NCBI RefSeq assembly: GCF_009914755.1
Contig: NC_060930.1
Length of the DNA: 64,000 nt
Direction: 5' to 3' (one strand)
Origin: the human T2T-CHM13v2.0 reference genome, Homo sapiens
Below, in pieces: positions 47,061 through 64,000 of the stretch. The translations under genes and the position numbers were made by a program. Positions within the stretch are counted from its first letter, which is position 1. The number at the start of each line of letters is the position of its first letter. Under the pieces are notes generated by a model. It made no database searches. It saw nothing but the letters and a program-made list of their open reading frames with translations, and was not told the DNA's origin.

Positions 47061-48205
47061 AAGAGAGATGCTCTACACTAAATGGCAAAGAACTTTCTCA
47101 ATTAACTCCATCTCTTCTCTTCACCAGAACCAAACTACAGCAGGTAATAATGGGATGCACAGTACCTCGTTTTTAGTTGAAATTGATTGCTTGTTCTCAG
47201 ATTCACTATAGAGAACAGACCATGTTATCATTTGTTTCAATGTTTTGCTTTAGTCCTTTTAATGACAACAGCCCGGGAAAGGAGCCCCAAGGCTGCTTGC
47301 TGAAATACAAATAATGTAGCCCAGTGTGTATTCTGTAGTGGGATATTCATGGGAAAGAAATGAGAATAATTTAATGCTCAGAGGTAAGCATATTTAAAGA
47401 AAAAGTAAAAATAGAAGTTTGTGTGCTGTTTAAAGTTATTTAGAAGGAAAAAGAGTCAGAGAGGATGAGAGAGGTTTTCAGAGACGAGAAGATAGTATTT
47501 AGCGAAAATGCTTGCAGAATGATCAGAAGACTAAGAAAACATGAGCAAAAGGAAGCAGTGGGAAGCCATGTGGAAAAGGTCAGGGGAAGGTTGGTAAGCA
47601 GCATGCAGAGAAAGGTGAAAACTGAAAGTTGAAATTTAAGGTTGAAGGCATTAGAATGAGATCAAAAGCAGAGAAACAGCTCAGTCACTGAAGCCAAGCC
47701 TGACGTTTCCATACCCCGAGGTGAGTACAGCACAGCTCTAGGAGCCCACTAGCAATTTTCTGCAGAAAACGTCAAAAGAAAAGATACCTAGCTGAGGGGA
47801 GACCAAGTTCCTTAATTTTGTATTTGTTGTTTTATTTTTAGAAAGTCATTTTGTTTTTAAGATCATGCCACAGTATTTTCAAAGGCCTTTGTAAAGAAAA
47901 ATACCATATGCATTCGAAGTATTATTAGTTAGTTATCTGGGGTTAATTCTGGACAAATGTTTCTAAGAAAGATGAACATAAGGAAATAGACACAGAGAGA
48001 GAGTATAGACACAAAACAAAGCAATAGGGAAAACCTTGAAAGGAAGGGGAAGGGTGGCTCTGTGATGAGCAAAAAAACTACCAGTGAGAAGCAGAGACAG
48101 GGCAAAAAAAAAAAAAAAAGATGTCTAAGCTCTGAGGAAGGGAAATCACTGATCAGAATGTTTTCCCATTACATATACATATAATCCATATATATATATG
48201 GATTT

Positions 48206-48476
48206 ACGGAGTCTTGCTCTGTTGCCCGGGCTGGAGTGCAGTGGCTGGATCTCAGCTCACTGCAACCTCCACCTCAAGGGTTCAGCCTGCCTCAGCCTCC
48301 CTAGTAGCTGGGATTACAGGGGCGTGTCATGACACCTGGCTAATATTTGTATTTTTAGTAAGGATGGGGTTTCACCATGTTGGCCAAGCTGGTCTCAAAC
48401 TTCTGACCTCAGATGATCTGCCTGCCTCGGCCTCCTAAAGTGCTGAGATTACAGGCGTGAGTCACTGCGCCCGGCC
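48206..48476 (-). mobile_element. Tailless AluS
   Basis: Antisense Alu lacking a poly-A tail; TSD ATATATATGGATTT. Confidence 0.88.
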
Positions 48477-48539
48477 AATATATATGGATTTCCATTCTTT
48501 TATATCTCTCTCCACTTAAAAAATAAAGAATAACCTAAG

Positions 48540-48750
48540 TCAGACATCAGCAAACTTGTCCTGAAAAGTAGTAAATATTTTAGGCCCTGAAGTCTAGATC
48601 ATCTTTGACACAAGGATTCAGTTCTTCCATTGTTCAGTGAGAGCAGCCATGGACAATGTATAAAGGAATTAGGGTAGCTGTGTTTCAATCAAACTTTATT
48701 TACAAAAACAGATGCAGGCCTGTGGGTTATAAGTTTGCTGACCCCTGACC
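48540..48750. mobile_element. MER58A (hAT-Charlie)
   Basis: CAGCAAAC...GTAAATATTTTAGGC...AGTTTGCTGACCCCTG. Confidence 0.8.
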
Positions 48751-49082
48751 TAAGGGATTTAATCTTCTCATTTCCAGATGAAAATATGAGTTCCGGAGTA
48801 TTTCATTAAGCTATCCAGAGCCTCACAACTCAGTAGTGGGAAGCAAAAGTTGGAGAATAAGATGTGTTTAGTTATACATTCTGAACTTGGAGAGATACAG
48901 ATCTTTTTAAGCAAAATAACATGAACTGTAATTTGTGCTCTCAGACACCTTCTGAATGCTTCACTCTAGATAATCAAGGCTTCTGAGTAGCTTAGGGGGC
49001 TATTGCATGAAGCAACCAAGCCATCCACGTCAATTACTTTGGATGGGTCATCTTTCTAAGATCTATTACATATGGTCATGCC

Positions 49083-54115
<5,033 letters not shown>

Positions 54116-55020
54116 CTCTGACTTTCAAATAGTCTGTCTTTGAGCTTACTATTTCTTTCTTCCAATTGACCAGTTCTGCTGTTGATGCTCTCTATTGCAT
54201 TTTTTAATCTCATTAATTGTATTTTTTACCTCCAGGATTTGTTTGATTTTTAAAAAGTTATTTCAATCTCTCCCTTAAATTTCTCTGATAAATTTCTGAA
54301 TTGATTCTCTGTGTTTTCTTGAAGTTTGTTGAGCTTCCTTAAAACAGCTATTTAAAATTCTTTGTCCAAGAGATTACACATTTCCATCACTTTCAGGGTC
54401 AGCTTCTGGCACCTTATTTTGTCTGTTTGGTGAGGTCATATTTCCTTGAACGTTCTTGATGCTTGTGACGTGTGACCATGTCTGAGCATTGAGGGATTAG
54501 GTATTCATTTTAGCCTTCACAAATTGGCCTTGTTTGTGCCTGTCCCTGTCAGAGGGCCTTCTAGGGATTTTAAGCAGACTGTCTTGGTTTTCCTGAGCCT
54601 GTGACCACTGTAGCTGTCTCAGCACTAGAGGACACTATAAGCTCAGGCTTACTCCAGGTCTTGTGAGGATTCCAAAGTTTGTGTGGCCTTCTGGCTCAGA
54701 TGAGCCTGGTGAAGACCCAAGGAGGGTACTGGGGCTGAGTGGGAATACTGGCCAGTAAGTCCAGAAGACTGTCCTGATGGCTCAGATGGGTATGCCTCCC
54801 AGCAGGTTTCTGCACAGGTGATACAGGTCCCTGACTGCAGCTAGAGGGGCTGGATTTGAGACTGGGTCCCCTTGGGATCTGTTGTGAGAAGGAGACTGGC
54901 GGGCCTGTCTCATTGACTCAGGCATGCATCACACAGCAGGTCTTTGAAAAGCAACGTTCTTCCTTGTTACAACAGTATGGGCTGGAGCTGAGGCTGGGCC
55001 CCTTTGGGATCTGTTGTTAG
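54116..55020 (-). mobile_element. L1M-type ORF1 5' part / 5'UTR fragment
   Basis: TCTGACTTTCAAATAGTCTGTCTTTGAGC resembles the antisense ORF1 coiled-coil region, followed by GC-richer UTR. Confidence 0.6.
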
Positions 55021-55427
55021 CCACAAGTTCACTAAGTGCCCTGGTCATTGTGATTTGTACCATTAGCCTAATTCATCTGTTTTAGACTCCCAGGTCAACC
55101 CTACCCTTCTAGATTGACTTTGCTCCCCTTAGCCACAAATAACATCTTGCCTCATGGGGGAGGTACATCACCTATTAGCAGGAGCAAATAAGCTCTTAGA
55201 GATGGCCTGAGGAGCTTGCCTAAGCAAAAGCATGACTTTATGACATAGTATTTCTAGGATGACTGTATGTTCTGGTTTGCCTGTGACCATCTCAAGTTTA
55301 TGTTTGTTGTCCAGGCATAATTATTAATAGTGCTCCAGTCATTGTCATTATTTGGATGAAATACGGTAACCCTACAATTTTCATCTGAGTAATGGGAATA
55401 AGATTGCCAACCCTTTTAAAAATTACA

Positions 55428-56128
55428 CAGTAGTTCCTCCTTATCTGTGGTTTTGCTTTCTGTGGTTTCAGTTACTCATGGTCAACTGCAGTACAAAAAC
55501 ATTAAATGGAAAATTTCAGAAATAAACGAGTCATAAATTTTAAATCAAATGCTATTTTGAGAAGCACAATGAACTCTCATGCCATCCTGCTCTGTCCCAC
55601 CCAGGTCCTTAATCATCCCTTTGTCCTGTGTATCCACCTGCCCATTACACTACCTACCTAGTTAGCCACTGACATCATGTGTTCCTGACATCCAACCATT
55701 GACATAGTCATGGCTTGATGATCCAGGATCACCCAAAGCAGACACTCTTCCTTCTGAAGGGTCATCAGAAAGTCAAATAGTTGCCTAATGCTGCATCACA
55801 ATGCCTACTTCATTCACCTCATTTCATGTATCATGTAGGCATGTATCATCTCAAATTATCAGAAGAACAATGAGTACAGTGTAATAAGATATTTTGAGAG
55901 AGATAAAGAGAGCAAGCACATCCACATAACTTATTGTAGTATATTTTTGTAATTGTTCTATTTTATTATTTGATACTGTTAATCCCTTACTGTGCCTAAT
56001 ATATAAATTAAACTTTATTGTATGTATGTATGGAAAAAGTAGTATATATAGGATTTTATACTATTTATGGTTTCAGGCACACACTGGGGCTCTGGAACAT
56101 GTCCCCCATGGATAAGGGGAAACTACTA
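55428..56128. mobile_element. MER44 (Tigger7-derived)
   Basis: Terminal inverted repeats CAGTAGTTCCTCCTTATC / GATAAGGGGAAACTACTA. Confidence 0.8.
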
Positions 56129-59100
56129 TAATGCTATTTAGCAGATCAAATGAGATTATGTTTATGAAAATCTTTTAAAGGGATTTGAAGACAGCCTGCC
56201 CTGGCTGCATGAGGTGATGGCATTATTTGTTGTTGTTATTATCTGTTTTGGCTCATGCAGACGTATTAGTTCAAATTCCATTTTCTTGGTTATTGGATAT
56301 TTTTTAGACTGTTGAGGTCAGGAAACAAGTTATCTTCAGCTTCGAGAGGTGTTATTATATATACGGTTTCATTAGCAGTAAAAAATCTCATTGTTTCAAG
56401 TAAACACTTCATTTAAAAATACAATTGATTTTTACGAAATAGAACCATACTACTACTACATTTTTTTTCCCCACTATTCATGCTGGACTTCTAAATGATA
56501 AAAAAGGAAAAAGATATATGAATAGAATTTTAATCACATGGTAAACAATAAAGCACCCATTATAGAAACAGCATAAATAAGAAACAAAACATAGACTACC
56601 TAACCCTGTATGTACGGTGTGTGTACGTTTGTGGGTAGTTTTAATGAAATTTAAGAAATGCAAACTTACTAAGTGTGCATTTTCCTGTACCTGTTAGTAT
56701 TGAAATAGACAAATATGCTTAGCAAGAAAGGAAAAAAATTGGGGTGGGTAACCAATAAGTTGATAAATAAGGTCCCAAATAACTGAGAGTTTACTGTAGT
56801 TTAAGCAGTCACATTACTTCTTTTTAGCAAAACAGATAAACGATCACATCTGTAATTAAACTCTGGTCTGATTGCATTGCTATATCTAAGTGTTTGCCTC
56901 TGGTGTAATAATGTGCTTTCTCAAATAGGATTGCTTTTCTATTGCTCTTTATTCCTGAATGACCTGGTCTTTCCTGAACCAGGGAGAAAATGTGCTTTAT
57001 AATGAAATAATGATTTCTTTCAAGGTTTAACAGTATTATTTGCTAAGTTATCTCTTTTAGGGTCTCTAATGATGCCTCCAGGCAGTGAAGGAGTTACTTT
57101 TCCTCAAGAAGAAAATTAAAAAATAGAAATGGAGATTTTCATAATGGAAAATTAAAAGTGTGAGTTCCTTAAAAGGAAGAAAAGCTTTTATGGATCTCAC
57201 AGGAGGATTCTTGGTTACTCCACTAAGCAACTTCGCCTGACCATTTTTTTTTTTTAAGTAGTGAAATGTAATGTGTGTTCGAATGTCTTAGAAGTTCAAA
57301 CTTTTAGCCTATATGTTCTGTTTGGCCTGAGGCACTAAGAAATAGTATGAAATTTCATATAGAAATATGGATTTTTGGCTTCCCTTTAAAAATTTTTTAC
57401 ATATCAACAAGTTAGCTGGCTGTCCTATTGATGCCCTCATTAGAGGCATAGGGCATTTGTCAGTCCTTTGTCATGTCACTTAGCTAACAGACTTGGTCTT
57501 AAAGTTTGCAACTCTTAATCCATATTGTCATTCATTTAAAAAATTATACAGACATGTTATATGAAAAACTTTGCTCAAGGAGCTAAGCCAAGATGCACAT
57601 GGCCTGTTACTTAAGGGATCTTATGGAATACCAGATCACTGATATGTTCAGTGGAACGCATTCCATGACACATGAGTTGAGATGTGTTCCAGATTTCTGC
57701 TTTGGAAGTTCACAATGCATGTTAGCATATTAAAGGCTTTGAAAGCCTCCAGTAATGAAACTGTTATATATTTAACCATTATTGAAGAAAAAAAGGGCTA
57801 GTTCTGGGGAACACACTTTGAGAAATGGTGATCTGTAGCTTGGCTGTAAATTAAAGGAGGCTATTAACATTTACATATTAATAAATATAGGAAATGAATC
57901 AGAGACCTAGAAGAGTCTCATACAAATATATTCACAGGGAAAAAAATAACTGAATTCAAGACTCTTCATCTTCTATTTGGAATAAGGTCCATAAGGTATA
58001 AAAGCTCATATGCCTTTTTTTGTAAAACACTAATATTAGATGGAGCTTTATATTTTCTGTTTTTAAAAAATTACCATTTGCATAAAGAAATTTTCTAAAA
58101 TTTAGTCATTATGGCAAGTGGGAAGATTAAGTAAATATGGACTGTTTTGAAGACTGATTCACTAATACATTCGTGTATTTCTTTAACACAGCCAAGTCCT
58201 TTGGATTTTACCTTGTAAATATCCCTACTATGCATACACTCCTCTCTAACTCACTGGCTCCCTATAGTGGCACTACTGTCATCTATCTCAGGTTGACTGA
58301 AGCACCTCCCAACTGTAATACATTTCTTACACTGTATCCAGATGAACTTTAAAAAATGAAAATCTGATGTTTCTTGAAAGCTTGGAATGGCTTCCAATTG
58401 CTCTTAAAGACCAAACTCCTTATGATATCTGCAAAGCCTCATGTGATCTGGGCCAGCTCTGTCTCCAGCCTCATCTAATTAAAAAAAAAAACTGTTATTT
58501 TAGGTTCAGGGTTCATGTGAAGGTTTGTTATATAAGTAAACTTCTGTTGCAGCTGTTTGTTGTACAGATTATTTCATCACCCAGGTGTTAAACCTAGCAC
58601 CCAATAGTTATTTTCTCCACTCTCAAGTAGACCTCAGTATCTGTTGTTCCCTTCTTTTTCTTCATGAGTTCTCATCATTTAGCTCCCACTTATAAGTGAG
58701 AACATGCGGTATTTGGATTTCTGTGTAAGTTTGCTAAGAAGCTATGTTAGTTTCTGTGTTAGTTTGCCTCCAGCTCCATCCATGTTCCCACAAAAGACAT
58801 GATCTCATTCTTTTTATGGCTGCATAGTACTCCTCGGTATATATGTACCACATTTTCTTTATCCAATTTGTCATTGATGGACATTTAGGTTGATTCTATG
58901 TCTTTGCTATTGTGAATAGTGCTGCAGTGAACATTCTCATGCATGTGTCTTTATGGTCAAATAATTTAAATTCCTCTGGGTATATACACAGCAATGGGAC
59001 TGCTGGGTTGAATGGTAGATCTTTAGATCTTTGAAGAATTGCCATACTGCTTTCCACAATGGTTGAACTAATTTACACTCCCACCAAGAGTATATAAGTT

Positions 59101-60414
59101 TTCCCTTTTCTCTGCAGCCTCACCAGCATCTGTTATTTTTTGACTTTTTATAATAGCCATTCTGATTGCTGTGAAATGGTATCTCATTGTGTTTTTGATT
59201 TGCATTTCTCTAATGATCTGTGATATTAAGCTTTTTTTTCAATGTGCTTGTTGGCCACAAGTACGTTTTCTTTTGAAAAGTATCTGTTCATGTCTTTTGA
59301 CCACTTTTTAATGGGGTTGTTTGTTTTTCTCGTCTATTTAAGTTTCTTATAGATGCTGGATATTAGACCTTTGTCATATGCGTAGTTTGCAAATATTTTC
59401 TCTCATTCTGTAGGTTGTCTGTTTACTCTGTTGATAGTTTTTTTTGTGGTGCAGAAGCTTTTAAGTTTAATTAGATCCCATTTGTCAATTTTTGCTTTTG
59501 TCATGATTGCTTTTGGTGTCTTTGTCATGAAATCTTTACCTGTTCCTGTGTCCAGGATGGTATTGCATAGGTTGTCTTTGAGGGTGTTTGTAGTTTTGGG
59601 TTTTACATTTAAATCTTTAATCCATCTTGAGTTAATTTTTATATATGGTGTAAGGAAGGGGTCCAGCATCAATCTTCTGCATATAACTAGCCAGGTATCC
59701 CAGCACCATTTATTGAATAGGGAGTCTTCTCCTCATTTCTTGCTTTTCGTCAACTTTGTCAAAGATCAGATGGTCACAGTGTGTTGGTCTGTTTCTGGGC
59801 TCTCTCTTCTGTTCCATTGGCCTATGTGTCTGTTTTTGTACCAGTACCATGCTATTTTGGTTACTGTAGCTTTGTAGTATAGTTTGAAGTCAGGTAATGT
59901 TATGCCTCCAGCTTTGTTCTTTTTGCTTAAGATTGCCTTGGTTATTCATGCTCTTTTTTGGTGCCATATAAATTTTAAAATAGTTTTTTTTTCAAGTTCT
60001 GTGGAAAATGTCATTGGTAGTTTGGTAGGAATAGCATTGAATCTGTAAATTGCTTTGGGCAGTGTGGCCATTTTAATGATATTGATTCTTCCTATCCACG
60101 AGCATGGGATGTTTTTCTATTTGTTTGTGTTTTCTCTGATTTCCTTGAGCAGTGTTTTGTAATTCTCATTGTAGAGATCGTTAACCTCCCTGGTTAGCTG
60201 TATTCTTAGGTATTTTATTATTTTTGTGGCAGTTGTGAATGGGATTGCCTTCCTGATTTGTCTCTTAGCTTGTCTGTTGCTGGTGTATAGGAATGCTAGT
60301 GATTTTTGTACATTGATTTTTGTGTCCTGAAACTTTGCTGAAGTTGCTTATCAGCTGAAGGAACTTTTGCACCTAGAGACTGTAGGGTTTTCTAGATATA
60401 GAATCATGTCGTCC

Positions 60415-60720
<306 letters not shown>

Positions 60721-62919
60721 TGTCTTTTTTGATCTTTGTTGGTTTAAAGTCTCTTTTGTCTGAAATTAGGATTGCAACTCCTGCTTTTTCTGTTTTTCAT
60801 TTGTTTGGTAGATTTTTTCTCCTTCCCTTTATTTTGAGCCTATAGGTATCATCACATGTGAGATGAGTCTCTTGAAAACAGCGCATGATTGGGTGGGTCT
60901 TGTTTTTTTTTTTTTTTCCCTAGCTTGCCACTCTGTGCCTTTTAAGTGGGGGCATTTAGCCCATTTACATTTAATGTTAGCATTGATATGTGTGGATTTC
61001 ATCTTGTCATTGTGTTGTTAGCTGGTTATTGTGCTGGCTTGTTTTTGTGGTTGCTTTGTAGTGTCACTAGTCTGTATATTTAAATGTGTTTTTCTACTAG
61101 CTGGTAGCAGTCTTTCCTTTATTTAGTGCTCCTTTCAAGATCTCTTGTAAGGCAGGTCTAGTGGTAACAAACTCTGTCAACATTTGCTTATCTGAAAAGG
61201 ATCTTTTTTCTCCTTTGCTTAAGAAGCTTAGTTTGGCTGGATATGAAATTCTTGGTTGAAGTTTTTTCTTTAAGATTGTTGAATATATGCCTCATACTCT
61301 CTTCTGGCTTGTAGGGTTTTAGCTGAGAGATCCACTGTTAGCCTGATGGGATTCCCTTGGTAAGTTACCTGCCCTTTCTCTTTAACTGCCCTTAACATTC
61401 TTTCTTTCATTTCAACCTTGGAAAATCTGATGATTGTGTGTCTTGGGGGTGAACTTCTTGTGTAGACTCTTGCAGGGGTTCCCTCTATTTCCTGAATTTG
61501 ACTGTTGGCCTCTCTAGCAAGGTTGGGGAAGTTTTCATGAATGATATCCTGAAATATGTTTTCCAAGTTGTTTTCTTTCTTCCCCTCCCATTCAGGGATG
61601 CCAGTAATTTGTAGATCTGGCCTCTTTACATAATCCCATACTTCACAGAAGGTTTGTTCATGCCTTTTTTTCTGACTGTCTTAGTTGTGGGAGCCAGTCT
61701 TCAAGTTCTGAAATTCTTTCCTTAGCTTGGTCTATTCTGCTGTCAATTCTTGTGTTTGCATTGTGAAATTCTTATATTATGTTTTTTAATTCTGTCAGAT
61801 CTGTTAGGTTCCTTTTTATACTGGCTATTGTGTCCTTCAGCTCCTGCCTCATTTTACTGTGATTCTTAGTTCCCTTGGATTGGGTTTTGCCATTCTCCTG
61901 AATTTCAACAGTCTTCATTGCTATTCTTATTCTTAAATTCTATTTCTATCACTTCAAGCAGCTCAGCCTGGTTAAGAACTGTTGGAGAACTGGTGTGTCA
62001 TTTGGAGGACAGGAGACATCCTGGCCATTTGAGTCACCAAAGTTTTCATGTTGATTCTTTCTCATCTCTGTGTGTGGGTGTTCCTTTAACTGCAGTGTCA
62101 ATTGAGTACAGTGAATATATTTCTTTTCTGGATGTTTTCACAGAGCCAAGGATTTGTGCAGCGTGCAGAGTGCAGAGTGCAGAGTTTTTATTTGTAGCTG
62201 ACTTCCTGTCTTTGGTTTCATAGGGGGGTATATTAGCAAGGTAATTTTGGGTTGAAGCTTTGGGGTGTGATCCAGTAGGTGGTTCTTAGATGTATTGGTC
62301 AGTTGGTAGGTTGTATGGCCTCCCTATATTTTCTCACAGTTGCAGCCATGTTCCCTCTCAATGCCCTGAAAGTGTGGGCTCCTCTTCCCCTTGAGTGCTG
62401 GCTGTAGATCACAGCTTGGCACTCCTGGGATGCCCACTGCAGCTCTGGGATGATCTCAGGGTTTATGTTCCTTCTCCAACCTGGAGGCAGCAGAGGAAGG
62501 GACCTTAGTAGTGGTTGTGGCCAAGGGTCTTCTGCTTGTTTCTTGGGGGCTCCACCTCAGATGCAGGTCAGCAATTGCTCAATGCAATCAGCCCAGGATG
62601 GAGGGTCTGTGCTATGCACCCAAGCCCAGGGTTTCCTGTCTGATGATGAGCAGGAGGCATGGGACCAATAGGAGACTGGCTTCTTCTCCTTGGGTTGACA
62701 TAGCCTGTTGGAGGTGTGGATAAGGGTCTTTATCCTTACCTACAAAGACCTTAGGGTCTTTGCTCCTTCATTAGTCTGCGGGTAGCAAAGGCAGTCCCAC
62801 TGCAGTGGCAGTGGCAGAGAGGGGGATCTCTCTGGGGGATCTGTTACTGGGGGATCTGTTCAGGGAGTTGAGTTGCAGAGCTGCTACTGGCTCAATAGCC
62901 TTAGAAGGGGGTGGCTGGA

Positions 62920-64000
62920 GGCCCAGGCCTGGAGGACCTGCCTAGTAAGGAGATATGGGAACAGGCACTCATGTGACAGTCTGGCCACTTTTGCATAGGG
63001 CTGCTGTGGTATGCTGGGGCTCTGCTCCACTTTCTAGACACCTCAAATTTTCTCAAATTTGGAGGTATAAACAGTAAAGGCTGTGAAACAGCAAAGATGG
63101 TGGCCTGCCTCTCCCTCTGGGAGCTGTGTCTCAGGGAGAGATCTGTTGCCAGCCTGAACGCACCTGTAGGAGGTACCCGGAGACCCCAGTTGGGAGGTTC
63201 TGCCCAGTGAGGAGAAATGGGATTGGGGATATCCTTTAAAAGACAGTCTGGTCACATTTTCATAGAGCAGCTGTGCTGTGCTGGGAATCTGCTCCAGCTA
63301 CTTGTTGCCTTGGATTCTCTAAAGCCCAAAGGCTGGAATGGCTGAGTCACCCAAATAGCAGAGATGGTCACCTGCCCTGCCTGCTGGGAGCTCTGTCCTA
63401 GGGAGGTTTGAAACCACTGTCAGCTGGAGAACACTGCTTGGCATAGCTGAAGACCCCAGTTGGGAAGTCCTGCCCAGTGAGGAAGAATGGGATTGGGGAC
63501 CTGCTTAAAGCAGTCTGGCTACACATTTGTAGAGCAGCTGTGATGTGCTGGGGGTCTGCTTTAGCCCCTGGTCACCTTGGACTTTCGGAGCTCAAAGGAC
63601 AGAATGGCTAAGTCATCCAAATAGCAAAGATGGCAGCTTGTGCCTCCCTCTGAGTGCTCCATTCCAGGGAAGTTTAAAACCTCAGTTGGCTGGAGAACAC
63701 TGGTAGGGGTAGCCGAAGGCCCTGGTTGGAAGGTCCTGCCCAGTGAGGAGGACTAAGATCGGAGGCCCACTTTAAGAAGCAGTCTGGCCACATTTTTGCA
63801 GAGCAGCTGGGCTATGCTGAGGGTCTGCTTCAGCCCCTAGTTGCCTCAAACTCTCCAAAGCCCAAAGGCCAGAACAGCTAAGTTGGCCAAACAGCAAAGA
63901 TGGTGGCCTGCCCCTCCCTCTGGGAGTTCCATCCCAGGGAGGTTTGAAACCTCTTGTCAGCTGGAGAACACTGGTGGGGATAGCTAGGGATGGTGGTTGG
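62920..64000 (-). repeat. At least 4 tandem ~265-bp diverged monomers in the L1 5'UTR
   Basis: TGCC(C/T)AGT(G/A)AGGA recurs at ~62939, 63201, 63471 and 63737. Confidence 0.85.

Noticed and set aside
62920-64000. Periodic repeats as a CRISPR-like array
   Set aside because: Whole units are homologous with no unique spacers, and they lie in a eukaryotic L1 5'UTR.

Overview
Human (primate) genomic DNA, recognised from the protein sequence as the TFB1M locus (6q25.3). The left 28.5 kb holds the first four coding exons of TFB1M (mitochondrial 12S rRNA dimethyladenosine transferase / mtTFB1) on the minus strand. They encode codons 1-182 with consistent GT-AG splice phases (133+152+109+152 = 546 nt); exons 5 onward lie beyond base 1. 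The CpG-island promoter at ~28.1-28.9 kb carries NRF1, GABP/ETS, CCAAT and GC-box motifs. The right ~35 kb appears intergenic and repeat-rich: Alus, MaLR/ERVL LTRs, Tigger1, MER elements, L2/MIR and two long antisense L1 relics. Repeat subfamily names come from remembered consensus sequences and their boundaries are approximate. I see no evidence for a wholly new multi-gene system. The best leads are an unexplained ~140-bp inverted repeat with G-U-compatible mismatches (37.5 kb), a motif-dense non-repeat stretch resembling a developmental enhancer (42.7-42.9 kb), an overlapping uORF in the TFB1M 5' leader, a possible stop-free exon 3-4 circRNA, a 700-bp AT-only palindromic minisatellite, and several atypical Alu insertion scars.
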